Part shown: one piece after another, positions 1 through 9,704 of the stretch
Layout: every line of letters begins with the position of its first letter
Position numbering within the stretch: position 1 is the stretch's first letter
IMG/VR virus record: IMGVR_UViG_3300012663_000440
Location: 1 to 52,253 of that record
Source of the DNA: a virus
Taxonomy: Duplodnaviria > Caudoviricetes
Reading direction: 5' to 3' (one strand)
Length of the DNA stretch: 52,253 bases
Notes under the pieces: generated by a model
The model's database searches: none
The model's input: the letters and a program-made list of their open reading frames with translations, nothing else
Told to the model about the DNA's origin: nothing
Translations under genes and position numbers: made by a program

Positions 1-59
1 ATTTGTGCCTTACCAGTGACGGATTACTCCTGCCACTATAAAAAAGTTAGTGATAATGT

Positions 60-88
60 ATATTAACACAATTATTGTACGAATGCAA
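60..88 (-). promoter_or_regulatory. sigma70-like promoter for a gene beginning left of the window
   Basis: Minus strand TTGCAT-N17-TAATAT, followed by a GUAA-loop hairpin (15-37) in the leader. Confidence 0.45.
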
Positions 89-127
89 GCAATTCGGTCC
101 GCTTCTGCGTCCGAACTTCCGGATTTT

Positions 128-763
128 TCACCCAACGCCTTCGCCCAAATTCTCCAAAATTTGTTTGTCATCTTGTAATTTAAATGTGATATTAATTACA
201 AATCGGCTAGCCGATTCGATAGGATTAGACCCAGCGTGGAATCTTCTAGAATCAAAAATTACAGCCCTACCCATTTTTGGGCTTATGCGTGAGTTTATAG
301 TTACACCATTAACAGCTTCTCCAACCGATTCGTTAAAAAAGAATGTATCACCGTCACTGTCATTAACATAATATATTAATGATAAAAATTCTGGATTAGG
401 TTCGTCTGTGTGCGGAATATTATAATTGTCCTTAGTAAAAGAATTACCGTTTCTTGTGAGACAATTAATTTTTACACGCCTTACATCTGATATTTTTCTG
501 CCTAGTCGTTCCTCTACAAAATAAAGCATAGGTCGAATTAGACTAAACACTTCCGACGGAACACCGTCTAGAAGTGCGTAGTGTACAAATTGTAAACTAT
601 CTATTGTGTTATGATCAACACAAGTATCATAGCCGCGTACTACTGCGGTTACAGATTGAAAATTATAGGGTATATTATAGGCTAATTGTTCAGCCACGTC
701 TACTTGATAATTTTTTGGTATTAAATCATCAAGTATAATTGGCTTAATCAATTTACCCTTCAT
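128..763 (-). CDS. Fe(II)/2OG-dependent oxygenase (prolyl-hydroxylase-like fold)
   Basis: PHTD...IYYVNDSDGDT...PKMGRAVIFD..RFHAG...RFVIN gives the HxD..H..R signature; start moved to ATG 763 overlapping the queD stop. Confidence 0.8.
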   Translation of the reverse strand: MKGKLIKPIILDDLIPKNYQVDVAEQLAYNIPYNFQSVTAVVRGYDTCVDHNTIDSLQFVHYALLDGVPSEVFSLIRPMLYFVEERLGRKISDVRRVKINCLTRNGNSFTKDNYNIPHTDEPNPEFLSLIYYVNDSDGDTFFFNESVGEAVNGVTINSRISPKMGRAVIFDSRRFHAGSNPIESASRFVINITFKLQDDKQILENLGEGVG

Positions 764-1277
764 ATGTTGCTGAGTTACCAGCATGTTCAAACACTTCAAC
801 TGATCGAAGTTTAACACCAGCACCGACTGGATAACGTGCTTCAAACAGGCGACCATCTGGATGGATCCAGCTAATACCTGCTTGATATGCACCTAAGATT
901 TCATTCATTGTTTTGTAAGCTAGTTCGGCAAACTTTTCGCAACCAACTGCTTCTACAATACGTAGATCTAGCACACCACCTTCTGCTTGCTTGCCCAACT
1001 TGGCTAGTTCTTTAAACTTTGGTAAATGTGGATCATCAATGCCCATTACAGTAGTGTGATCAAACTGCCACTCACTCCACTCTTTGAATGCTTTAAGTCC
1101 ACCAAAGTCCATAACCCAATTACGGTCGTCTAAGGTTTCTGATTCAAAAATTAATTTGATACCAATTGAGTATCCGTGTAGTAATGAGCAGTGACTATGT
1201 GTACTTCTCCACTGTCTAAAACAGCATGAAAGTCCGCGGTCGTTGCCGTAAGTTTTTGTTGAAAGATATTTTGCCAT
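753..1277 (-). CDS. queD: 6-carboxy-5,6,7,8-tetrahydropterin synthase (QueD/PTPS family)
   Basis: HSHCSLLHGYS, WVMDFGGLK, FDH and VEVFE..NSA motifs; AAGGA ribosome-binding site. Confidence 0.88.
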   Translation of the reverse strand: MAKYLSTKTYGNDRGLSCCFRQWRSTHSHCSLLHGYSIGIKLIFESETLDDRNWVMDFGGLKAFKEWSEWQFDHTTVMGIDDPHLPKFKELAKLGKQAEGGVLDLRIVEAVGCEKFAELAYKTMNEILGAYQAGISWIHPDGRLFEARYPVGAGVKLRSVEVFEHAGNSATYEG

Positions 1278-1350
1278 TGTTGTTTTTCCTTGTTAACAAT
1301 GACATGCAGAATATTTAAAGTGGGATGAATGCCTAAGTCCACTGTATATA

Positions 1351-1378
1351 ATTATACAGTATTATAAAATCAAGTCAA
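1351..1378 (-). promoter_or_regulatory. sigma70-like promoter for queD
   Basis: TTGACT-N16-TATAAT on the minus strand; the -10 box lies inside palindrome ACTGTATA-TAAT-TATACAGT (1341-1360). Confidence 0.6.
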
Positions 1379-1380
1379 CG

Positions 1381-2847
1381 TTATTGGCGATTGATTGCGC
1401 CAAACGAGAACCAAGTACCCGGAGTTCCATTGGCGACACATACCCAACCAATTGAACCGCCGTCAGCGGGTGCGGAATTCCAGCAGATATCCCCAATGCT
1501 ATGTAATCCATCTACAGGAGCACTTGTGCCTGTTGTAAATGTTTTGCCAGCAAAGCTAACATTGCCTTTAACTGCTAAATCTACATCACCGTCTGGATTT
1601 GCAATACCAATAGATACTGGTCCAAACATTTTTACTCTTCGACGACTATTTAATTTGTTGCCAATATTAATTTCGTTAGCGTCTACGTAATATACCGGCT
1701 CATTAGCAACACCAATAGTTAATGAATTGGTAGTATTGATTACAGACCCATTAACGGTTAATTTATTTGTACCGTCAACTAGTTCTATTTTGTTAGCAAT
1801 AAACTGTCCACGAGATTCAACATCACCTAAAAATGTTGTATTTCCTTGTACTGCTAATGTATCTAGTGTGCCAAGTACTTTTAAGTTTGAATGTACAACA
1901 CTATCCCCTAATCTATTTTGAGAAAGGACTATTTGTTCGTTAACATAAAATGCTTGTTCGGCACCGACTTCAATTGATTCGCTTGACCAAAATCTGCTAG
2001 GATCTGGACGAAGGATTAATTGTTTAGGCATATCGTGGCCGGTCCATACTAATCCCTTGCCTATCGAAGGTTGCGATGCAGTACCTTTAAACTCTAAACT
2101 AGTTGATCGATCAATTCGAGTATCGGAAATTAAATTATCAACTTTTAATGTACCGTAAACAGTTAAGTTTCCGGTCTTTGTTAGTTCATTTCCGATAATA
2201 ACATCACCGTCGTTTTTAACTGTAATACGAGGGGTGTTATCTGTAATAATAGAAACTGCGTGATTTGTGTATGTACCAAACGTTCCTGTATTAGCAGTAG
2301 GGGAGCCAAACATAATTTCAACATTGTTTTCAACAACACTAAATGCTCCGTTTGGTTGATCTGTATTAATACCTAATCTTCCGGATGCGCTATTAAAAAA
2401 TGCAAACTCCCCAACATTGGCATCACCGATTACTGACAAAGACTTTAATGCACCTACTTCTCGTAGCTTACTCTTAGTAATTTGTGCACCTAATTCATTT
2501 AGGCTTAGTACTGATACGTTGTCAATTTTGTAAGACTTATCTGCTGGAATATCAAAATCAGTACTTGACCATAAACGATTGCCGGTTCTGTACAATAATT
2601 GGGAACCGCCATTACCCCATGCCCAGTTTAGTCCTTTGCCGTTAAGTTCTTCTTCGGATGTAGCAAACCATTCGCCAGGGTTGTCTACTGCACCCGTTGG
2701 TGTAATAATATTTTTAACATTGATTGTATCAACAGTTAAAGTTCCGTTAACATCATAGTTACCAGTGTGAACAAAATTTCCTGCTGAATTAGCAAGGGTT
2801 GATGTTACTAACTGTAGTATGCCGTCTTGAATAGTAAATTGGGTCAT
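1381..2847 (-). CDS. virion structural / tail-fibre-like beta-rich protein
   Basis: Gly/Thr/Asn/Val-rich; RLGINTDQP and VSIGIANP fibre-like motifs; internal duplication (GKGLNW...SKLREVGAL / GKGLVW...SNLKVLGTL); C-terminal GDICWNSAP..GG.IGWVC...GTPGTW..FG; late box upstream. Confidence 0.65.
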   Translation of the reverse strand: MTQFTIQDGILQLVTSTLANSAGNFVHTGNYDVNGTLTVDTINVKNIITPTGAVDNPGEWFATSEEELNGKGLNWAWGNGGSQLLYRTGNRLWSSTDFDIPADKSYKIDNVSVLSLNELGAQITKSKLREVGALKSLSVIGDANVGEFAFFNSASGRLGINTDQPNGAFSVVENNVEIMFGSPTANTGTFGTYTNHAVSIITDNTPRITVKNDGDVIIGNELTKTGNLTVYGTLKVDNLISDTRIDRSTSLEFKGTASQPSIGKGLVWTGHDMPKQLILRPDPSRFWSSESIEVGAEQAFYVNEQIVLSQNRLGDSVVHSNLKVLGTLDTLAVQGNTTFLGDVESRGQFIANKIELVDGTNKLTVNGSVINTTNSLTIGVANEPVYYVDANEINIGNKLNSRRRVKMFGPVSIGIANPDGDVDLAVKGNVSFAGKTFTTGTSAPVDGLHSIGDICWNSAPADGGSIGWVCVANGTPGTWFSFGAINRQ

Positions 2848-2879
2848 GGATAAACTCTCTTTCGAGTATTTATCCACGA
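2844..2879 (-). promoter_or_regulatory. late TAAATA box inside an RBS/AUG-sequestering hairpin
   Basis: RNA UCGUGGAUAAA...UUUAUCCAUGA forms an 11-bp stem (one G-U) covering the AUG; TAAATA at 2867-2872. Confidence 0.65.
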
Positions 2880-2889
2880 TTTGTTATAC

Positions 2890-4095
2890 TTACTGTACTT
2901 TAAGCAAGATTGTTTCTTCGTTAATGCGACCGTTCATTTTAGTGTCAGTAGCATTGATGTCGTCTAAGAACTTACGCAGAGCTACTTTGTTAGCCGCTTT
3001 AAACTCTTTGAGCTTTTCTTCAGGCTTACGTACAGTCTTTTGAATACTCTTGAACTCATCAAAACCCGTAATTGTAGTGCCTTTTACGCCAAGTGTTTGA
3101 AATTCTGCGGCAACATACTTGCCTATCTTGCGTGTTTTTGTGTTAAAAATCCACAATTCCCCAGCGCCAATAATGTCTGTAGGGTTAATAGACACTAGTT
3201 TTAGCGGCTCGTTGGTCTTCATATACTTGAGTTTAGCAATTAGTTTTTCTTTCGGAACTGCTTTAGTTTTACGTGGAGCACGGTTAACTTTGGCTTCCTG
3301 TGCAAGCATATCACATGCACTCATAATTTCTTGATAGAACGCAATTAGGTTCTTAATCTGTTTGCGTGAACGATGACTGTAGCCTTCTTTCAATTGTTCG
3401 TCTGCTTTACCGCTAGCAAGCTCTTCCAACTCAGCCAGATCACGACTGTAAAAGCCTTTGATAATACGTGCATGGGCCGCCTTAACTTCTTTACCTTTGA
3501 GCAAGTTAAGCATCTTAAATGCTTTTGGATCAAAATTTTCAGGATCTGTTTGGAATCCTTCGATAGCATCTTCAATTTCCTCAGTCATTCTGTAGGCGGC
3601 TTCTTTGACACGCTCTTGAATACTAGGAGTGTATACTGCGGGCTTTGCTGCCTCAACAGCTTTGGCCTCATCTTCATCAATGTCGTCTTTACCTTGTGAA
3701 ATAACTTGTGCGATTTCTTCACGCAACCAGACAGTAGTATCTCGACCTTTGTTAAAGTCCTCTCGAACAGCGGGCATACCACGCAACAGACAACTAGCAA
3801 TAGCACCCATTGTAACATTGCAACGATTATCTTTGGTTTTCTTAAACGCAGAGATATCTTCTTTAGTGCAACTAACACTAGTCATCCATTTGATAACGGC
3901 AGGCTTTAAATCTTTACCGCTAAACTCTAAACGGTAGTAGCTCATAGCACCATGAAAGTGACGCATAAACTGATCAGCATTCATAGTTTCGCAACCTTCC
4001 CAAGTCGGGCTATGATCCTTGACAGCACGAGTACGGTGTGCAGTTACTTGTGCTTTAGTAACACGGGTCTTTTTTGCTGGTGCTTTTGTGGCCAT
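2890..4095 (-). CDS. phage hypothetical protein (Lys/Ala-rich, early)
   Basis: Long ORF; start MATKAPAKK chosen from GGAG SD and promoter position. Confidence 0.75.
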   Translation of the reverse strand: MATKAPAKKTRVTKAQVTAHRTRAVKDHSPTWEGCETMNADQFMRHFHGAMSYYRLEFSGKDLKPAVIKWMTSVSCTKEDISAFKKTKDNRCNVTMGAIASCLLRGMPAVREDFNKGRDTTVWLREEIAQVISQGKDDIDEDEAKAVEAAKPAVYTPSIQERVKEAAYRMTEEIEDAIEGFQTDPENFDPKAFKMLNLLKGKEVKAAHARIIKGFYSRDLAELEELASGKADEQLKEGYSHRSRKQIKNLIAFYQEIMSACDMLAQEAKVNRAPRKTKAVPKEKLIAKLKYMKTNEPLKLVSINPTDIIGAGELWIFNTKTRKIGKYVAAEFQTLGVKGTTITGFDEFKSIQKTVRKPEEKLKEFKAANKVALRKFLDDINATDTKMNGRINEETILLKVQ

Positions 4096-4126
4096 TTCTG
4101 CTCCTATTTGTTTAACGTATGTATGT

Positions 4127-4155
4127 ATTATAGCGGAAATTAGATCAATTGTCAA
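4127..4155 (-). promoter_or_regulatory. consensus sigma70 (early) promoter
   Basis: TTGACA-N17-TATAAT exact. Confidence 0.85.
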
Positions 4156-5654
4156 GCCCATTTTGTATATAAGCTAGCCAATTCTGGAAAAGTTTTGGCA
4201 AAGTCTGTGCCTTTACGCTGATCATATTGTGTAAAGTATTGGACAAAATTCTTTTGATTAATACTTTGATTAGTACGTTCTTGCATAACAGCCAAATTGC
4301 GTTCTACCTTTTCAATTTCAAAATCGTAAAATCCAACAAAGTCGTCGACATTACTGTTGGCTTTCATGTAGTCAATTGCTTCTACAAGGTACTGTTCGTA
4401 CTCTTCCGGTAGTATGTGTATGCTTTGCCATGCAGGATTTCTCAACAACGGAACATCAAACCATACTCGCTGTCTTGGATGTATTTCGTGATCTGGATGT
4501 TTATGATATGGATCATGGATTGGCACATACTTAATGCCTTGTTTAGTTTTACTAAATTGGCAACGCATCTCAAGTACGTTGCGCAAAAAATCTTTAAACC
4601 TAGGAACACTCAATGCGTTAAATGTGTTGATATAAGTTAAAGTGGTGTTGTTAGTTTCTCTCAACAATGTTTTAGCATTAGCTTGTAAGGTATTGTAATC
4701 TAATCCGCTACGGATATATTCAGCTTGTTCGCCAACACTATCTACACTTACAAATACTGCTACGTTCTTAACAGCCATGTTGACATACCAATGATTGCCA
4801 GCACCCGGATTAAAACGTTCTTTATCTTCCCAGATTTGTATTTCTTCAAGTTTCTTTAACTTATCAATAAATTTGTCAAACAACTCTTGCTTGGGTGGAC
4901 TTAGATTACTAGTAACACTAACTTCTAACCACGTGTTAGGATGCTCATAAATGTAGTCCAACACTTTAAAAGTGTTTACGTCCATTAGCGGTTCGCCACC
5001 AGTCATGCGTAGTACTTCTAATTTCTTGTACAAAGTTGGCCACCACTTCCAGAACGCTTCTACGTAAGGATTGTCGCCCTGCCGAACTTTTAACGGCATA
5101 AGTCCTGCATCAGTTAACGCTTGAATGTTGTTATGTTCTGTTGGTTGTCCTAGTGTGTTTAGCACATTGTAAGGTCCAAACTTCTCAACTTCATCTTCCC
5201 ATGCGGTGCTTAGATGAGGACTACAGTACATACACTTTAAATTACATGCTTGGTTAAAGTTTACTTCGACATACCGCGGCTCAACATTTTCTGTATCTAG
5301 TGCTGTAAAAATATCTGTACGTGCGTTTTGTGCCCAGTATTCGCCACTGCGATAAATGCGATCACTGCGCCCGCCAACATCTTCAATTTTCCAGCAATAG
5401 CTACATCCAGCTGGGCGTTCTCCGGCAAGCATTTGTTTACGCTCTGCTTTCTTTTGTGCTGTATTGTGTAACGCACTTGGTGTTACTTTAATTTCGTCAA
5501 TGTTAATTTTATGCAACGGAGGATGATAGCAACTGTGAGTCATGCCGTTAGTAAGATGCATAGATACTTGCGCCCATTTAGCGTAGCACATGCTCTTACT
5601 AATAAATTTTAATTGATGCTCTGCAACATCTGCTGCCTGATTGTAATTACTCAT
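4152..5654 (-). CDS. radical SAM protein with N-terminal Cys-rich (twitch-like) domain
   Basis: CNLKCMYC, TGGEP, VTSN; N-terminal MCYAKW..SCYH..GCSYCWKIE; paralog of 9705-11087. Confidence 0.88.
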   Translation of the reverse strand: MSNYNQAADVAEHQLKFISKSMCYAKWAQVSMHLTNGMTHSCYHPPLHKINIDEIKVTPSALHNTAQKKAERKQMLAGERPAGCSYCWKIEDVGGRSDRIYRSGEYWAQNARTDIFTALDTENVEPRYVEVNFNQACNLKCMYCSPHLSTAWEDEVEKFGPYNVLNTLGQPTEHNNIQALTDAGLMPLKVRQGDNPYVEAFWKWWPTLYKKLEVLRMTGGEPLMDVNTFKVLDYIYEHPNTWLEVSVTSNLSPPKQELFDKFIDKLKKLEEIQIWEDKERFNPGAGNHWYVNMAVKNVAVFVSVDSVGEQAEYIRSGLDYNTLQANAKTLLRETNNTTLTYINTFNALSVPRFKDFLRNVLEMRCQFSKTKQGIKYVPIHDPYHKHPDHEIHPRQRVWFDVPLLRNPAWQSIHILPEEYEQYLVEAIDYMKANSNVDDFVGFYDFEIEKVERNLAVMQERTNQSINQKNFVQYFTQYDQRKGTDFAKTFPELASLYTKWA

Positions 5655-6498
5655 GTGATCTCCAGATATTGCCGTCCCATTCGTATACTGTTCCGTTTAA
5701 AAAACACTTCTGGTTAGGTTGTGGATTTGGTGGAAAGTTTAGCCTTAAATCTTTAGACTGGCCTATCTTCTTATAATAGTTTGAATTATAACTCCAATCC
5801 ATATAATTGTCAAGGTTGTTACGAGCTGTACAGTACGCATTATACATTAAAAACTCTGTAGCAAATCGTTGATCGTTCATTGACAGATTAAACAAGTATG
5901 GCAAGAATCCACGAATCATACCGCGTAGCTCACGAACCATACCTTGCATCATTTCTGTTTTAACAAAGAACGGCGTTGTAGTAGGTAAGTGCCACTGCAC
6001 TGTATCTTGATTATCAACACCCCATACATTGCAGGCAATGTCGTGTGCTAGATTAAACGGAGCAAGTCCTCCGTCGTTTTGCAATCCTTTGAAGTCACCG
6101 TTTTGGTGTATTCTCATTAGAGCTTTACCATCTGGTGTAAATGCATCCTTAATTAAATCAACCGGTTGTGTATAATAGTCTTTGCAGTCGTGGATAATAT
6201 ACCAGTCGGTAGTAATGTGTTCACTAAGTAGACACTTAAACAACTGCTGAGAGTTCCATCCAAAGCCGTTAGTTATTCTAGGTTCAAGAGTGTGTGTTAG
6301 TATTAATTCTATTTTTAAATTAGGATACTTATTGAGGATACCATTTAAGTTATCTAAATAAATTAACGGATCGTTTAGTACAACTTTTATAGAATCTATT
6401 TGATCAATGTTACAATATGTTTCAACTGATCTTAAAAGTCGATCAAGTAATGCAAAATCTTGATGGTATGCAATAACAGCAAAGGTAACCTTAGACAT
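5647..6498 (-). CDS. glycosyltransferase-like protein (DUF6492-like, GT-A resemblance)
   Basis: D..LL..LL.S start, GWNSQQLFK, WYIIHDCKD, TPF, TEF..Y motifs; start MSKVTF overlaps upstream stop. Confidence 0.5.
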   Translation of the reverse strand: MSKVTFAVIAYHQDFALLDRLLRSVETYCNIDQIDSIKVVLNDPLIYLDNLNGILNKYPNLKIELILTHTLEPRITNGFGWNSQQLFKCLLSEHITTDWYIIHDCKDYYTQPVDLIKDAFTPDGKALMRIHQNGDFKGLQNDGGLAPFNLAHDIACNVWGVDNQDTVQWHLPTTTPFFVKTEMMQGMVRELRGMIRGFLPYLFNLSMNDQRFATEFLMYNAYCTARNNLDNYMDWSYNSNYYKKIGQSKDLRLNFPPNPQPNQKCFLNGTVYEWDGNIWRSHE

Positions 6499-7384
6499 AA
6501 TGACCGTCCTTAATGCATGCTGTAATCTTATCCACATACCTGTTAACAATGTTTACTCCGGGGTGCATCCCGTCTCTAGCGTGATCTCCGGGCACTGATG
6601 CCACACCAGGTTCCCATAAATTATAGTGTGGTGCATTGTACCCTGTAGTGTATTCAATCATTCGACTTACATCTGGATCCCACGATGTTAAAATCAACTT
6701 AATATTTTTAAGTTTAGCAACAGTAATAATATAATTAATAGCATCTTTGGATGCAGATAACATATATTGATCAGAGAACTCACGCAACATAGCCATTCTT
6801 ACTAGTTCACATTCTCTGTCTTTAGTTGGATACGGTAAATGTATTGACTTAGCATCGTTTTGTGAATCAACATAATGGAATCTTGCCCAGTTAGGGAGTG
6901 TAACTAGTGCAATGTCTATATTCCATACATTGGCTGCTGCCGCAAATATTTGTGCAATACGATGGGCACCAATTCCGGGTAGCCCTAAGTTTAAACATGG
7001 AATATTAAACTTATTAGCAAGCAATGATGGAAAGTTATCTTCTGATGGTAACCCTTCGCCTAGTGTCATACTACAACCAAAAAATCCAAATACTGTATTA
7101 TCTGTTGTTGGGTATGGATCTCGAAAACCTATATTGTTAATATAGTAGTCAAACAATTTATATTTAGGATCTGATCGTTCTTCTTCAGCAATGTTAAGGA
7201 ATTTATGTATACCTGGCCCGGGGGTAAGACCTTGATCTACACAGTTGTTAAAATAATTAGAGTAGGGTAAAAGGTCAGCAGGTTGTTTAGCAAGTGCAGG
7301 ACTGCGCATTGCTAGTCCGTTTTCTATATCAGCGTGTCTACTGTTATTATGCTTAATAGCTTCTTCAGCGTTTGTTATTTTCAT
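6491..7384 (-). CDS. SGNH/GDSL-like hydrolase or acyltransferase
   Basis: FGCSMTLG, NLGLPG and RDGMHPG blocks. Confidence 0.65.
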   Translation of the reverse strand: MKITNAEEAIKHNNSRHADIENGLAMRSPALAKQPADLLPYSNYFNNCVDQGLTPGPGIHKFLNIAEEERSDPKYKLFDYYINNIGFRDPYPTTDNTVFGFFGCSMTLGEGLPSEDNFPSLLANKFNIPCLNLGLPGIGAHRIAQIFAAAANVWNIDIALVTLPNWARFHYVDSQNDAKSIHLPYPTKDRECELVRMAMLREFSDQYMLSASKDAINYIITVAKLKNIKLILTSWDPDVSRMIEYTTGYNAPHYNLWEPGVASVPGDHARDGMHPGVNIVNRYVDKITACIKDGHYV

Positions 7385-8702
7385 CTACGTAATCTTTAAC
7401 CATTTGTATTGCTACGGGCACTGTTTCGTATGAGTTTTTGCGTAAATTATTATAGTTGTGTTCTAGAATATCTCGCATCCCTTTATACCAAGTTAGCTTT
7501 TCTTCAAACGACATATTGTTAATTCTTTTAACTTCTGCAATAATTGCGTCAAGACGTTCCCACGTTGGCAGTGTATCATAAGTCTCGTCTATAAACGGAC
7601 TGAAAGTTTTGTATCCCATCTTCCTAAGATGTTCCAATGACCTTTGATTACCAAATATAATAAACGGGTGATAGCAAGCAATTGGCTTAAATGTTTTTTC
7701 ACTAATAAAACAAGTACCTTCACTATCACCAAACGATGCTTCACTGACAATAGTAAACCACGAATCTAACATAATTTGTTTATTAATTAGTTTAATGTAC
7801 TCTCCACCGTGGCTTGTTGCAAAACTAGCTGTGTCTTGATCGCTTGGATTTTCGTAAGGTTCTATTGGTGTGATATCTTTTACATTAATGTATTCTTCTT
7901 CTGTAAACACTCGCCCTTCGAAGTGGGTATTGATTAAATTAAACTTGTTCATGCTAATGATATTATTAGTTAGTAAACCAGCTTTATGTAAACATTTAAA
8001 TAACCACATCCTGTGTGCCCGAGGACGTTTTTGTAATGCATTAAATGATTTAATTTTATCAGGATACTTAGTTTTGTATTTGATGTGATCGTCAACAGTC
8101 GGTAAGGGCCGAACATTGTGACTAGTAGGCTCAAGTCTTCTATTATGATTTACGGCAGTATCGTAAATCATAAGTTCAAAATGCGGGTTAGGCATAGCTA
8201 ATAGTCTATCAGTAATGCCTTTAGAATTTGCCCATTCGGTGTATTGTTCTGCACAGTTTAGGTTACCAGTAGAGTATATAATTTGTTTAGGACTGATGCT
8301 ATATTTTTCACAATTAATGTGAAACCATTCCCACAGCCAATCAGTTTGATACCCTTCGTGGGCTTGATCTAACAATAAAAATGCCCTACCATTTTGTAAA
8401 TCTTTAAGGTATTGTCCAGTGATATAACTAAACAACGGCTTTCTTGTAGGGTATTGTTTATTATCTCCACACCAGTCGCCGGGAGAGTATGCTACTCCTG
8501 ACGAAATAACATATGACCCAGTTTCTGGTATAGTTAAAGATGAAGATATACCCTTACCAAATGTTCTAAGAACATTTGATTCAGACCCTTCAAATCGAAT
8601 GGCTGTTGTTGATAACGGACTTGTATTAAATCTATATGTATCCGGACATTCGATAAAATTTAAGAATTCCTTGTCAGTAATCTTTTCAAATACGAAATGC
8701 AT
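7365..8702 (-). CDS. hypothetical protein with glycosyltransferase (GT10-like) C-terminal motif
   Basis: IVSE...FISEKTFKPI...PFIIFG....L..LR..GYKTF..FIDE.YD...ILEHNY. Confidence 0.5.
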   Translation of the reverse strand: MHFVFEKITDKEFLNFIECPDTYRFNTSPLSTTAIRFEGSESNVLRTFGKGISSSLTIPETGSYVISSGVAYSPGDWCGDNKQYPTRKPLFSYITGQYLKDLQNGRAFLLLDQAHEGYQTDWLWEWFHINCEKYSISPKQIIYSTGNLNCAEQYTEWANSKGITDRLLAMPNPHFELMIYDTAVNHNRRLEPTSHNVRPLPTVDDHIKYKTKYPDKIKSFNALQKRPRAHRMWLFKCLHKAGLLTNNIISMNKFNLINTHFEGRVFTEEEYINVKDITPIEPYENPSDQDTASFATSHGGEYIKLINKQIMLDSWFTIVSEASFGDSEGTCFISEKTFKPIACYHPFIIFGNQRSLEHLRKMGYKTFSPFIDETYDTLPTWERLDAIIAEVKRINNMSFEEKLTWYKGMRDILEHNYNNLRKNSYETVPVAIQMVKDYVDENNKR

Positions 8703-9703
8703 TACATTAACCTCTCAGACCATGTTCGAGGAGTATGTTCGTTAATAATTTCTAATGGGTATGTGTAATCAAATGGTTTTGATCCACGTTGTTTAATATA
8801 CTCAATTGTACTACGCAAGCCATCTATGAAAGAAGTTGATGTATTATATCCTAATAAATTACGAGCCTTAGTAGCATCACATGTTGCATACTTAACTTCT
8901 TTAGGACGATCAGGCATATAAATGATTGGATCTTTATAATTTAATTCCTGCATGATGGTCTCAGCAAGAGTTTTAATTGTCATAAATTCTTCGTCAGGCC
9001 CGATATTAAACGTGTCATTCTTAATGTTAGGATCTAATGCTAACTTTTCTAGACAGTAAATGCAATCATCAATGAAACTAAAGCATCTCATTTGACTGCC
9101 GTCACCGTAGACAATGGGAGACTTACCTTGTAAAACACGATTAATCATAATACTCATTACATTACGAAACGGGTCGTCGTATCGCTGCCTTGGTCCTACA
9201 ATGTTATGCGGAACAGCAATAACCCATTCCATGCCATTCATCGGAGCAAGTGCTTTAAGGACATCTTCTCCTGCTAACTTAGCAATGCCGTACGGGTCAA
9301 CAGGCACAGGAGTTTGTGTTTCTTTAAATGGATATTCTTGATCACCGTACCGTGCCATACTCGAGCAATAGACAAATCTTTTTACTTTGTTTTGAATTGC
9401 GGCACTAATTGTGCTAACGCTTGCTTGGAAGATATTATTAGTAATAAAATACGGGCTGAATACACTTAGGCCTTCGTGGGGTGTTGCAGCAGTATGAAAT
9501 ACAATGTCACAGCCTTTAGTTACTTCAACCATAAAATCTAAGTGACAACAATCGCCTCGTTTAAAATCAACGCCAGCTGGAATGTTATCTATATATCCGC
9601 CAGTTAAGTTATCACAACCAACAACCTCATGTCCCAATGCTAACATTCGATCTGCTAAATGACTGCCTAAAAAGCCGGCAACGCCTGTAATTAAAATCTT
9701 CAT
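8702..9703 (-). CDS. NAD-dependent nucleotide-sugar epimerase/dehydratase (extended SDR)
   Basis: ITGVAGFLGS, SSMARYG, YGIAK (YxxxK), HNIVGP, GDGSQMRCFSFIDD. Confidence 0.92.
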   Translation of the reverse strand: MKILITGVAGFLGSHLADRMLALGHEVVGCDNLTGGYIDNIPAGVDFKRGDCCHLDFMVEVTKGCDIVFHTAATPHEGLSVFSPYFITNNIFQASVSTISAAIQNKVKRFVYCSSMARYGDQEYPFKETQTPVPVDPYGIAKLAGEDVLKALAPMNGMEWVIAVPHNIVGPRQRYDDPFRNVMSIMINRVLQGKSPIVYGDGSQMRCFSFIDDCIYCLEKLALDPNIKNDTFNIGPDEEFMTIKTLAETIMQELNYKDPIIYMPDRPKEVKYATCDATKARNLLGYNTSTSFIDGLRSTIEYIKQRGSKPFDYTYPLEIINEHTPRTWSERLM

Positions 9704-9704
9704 A

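Noticed and set aside
1342-1359. CTGT...ACAG palindrome resembling a LexA SOS box
   Set aside because: Spacer is 10 nt rather than the 8 nt of CTGT-N8-ACAG; kept only as a generic palindrome
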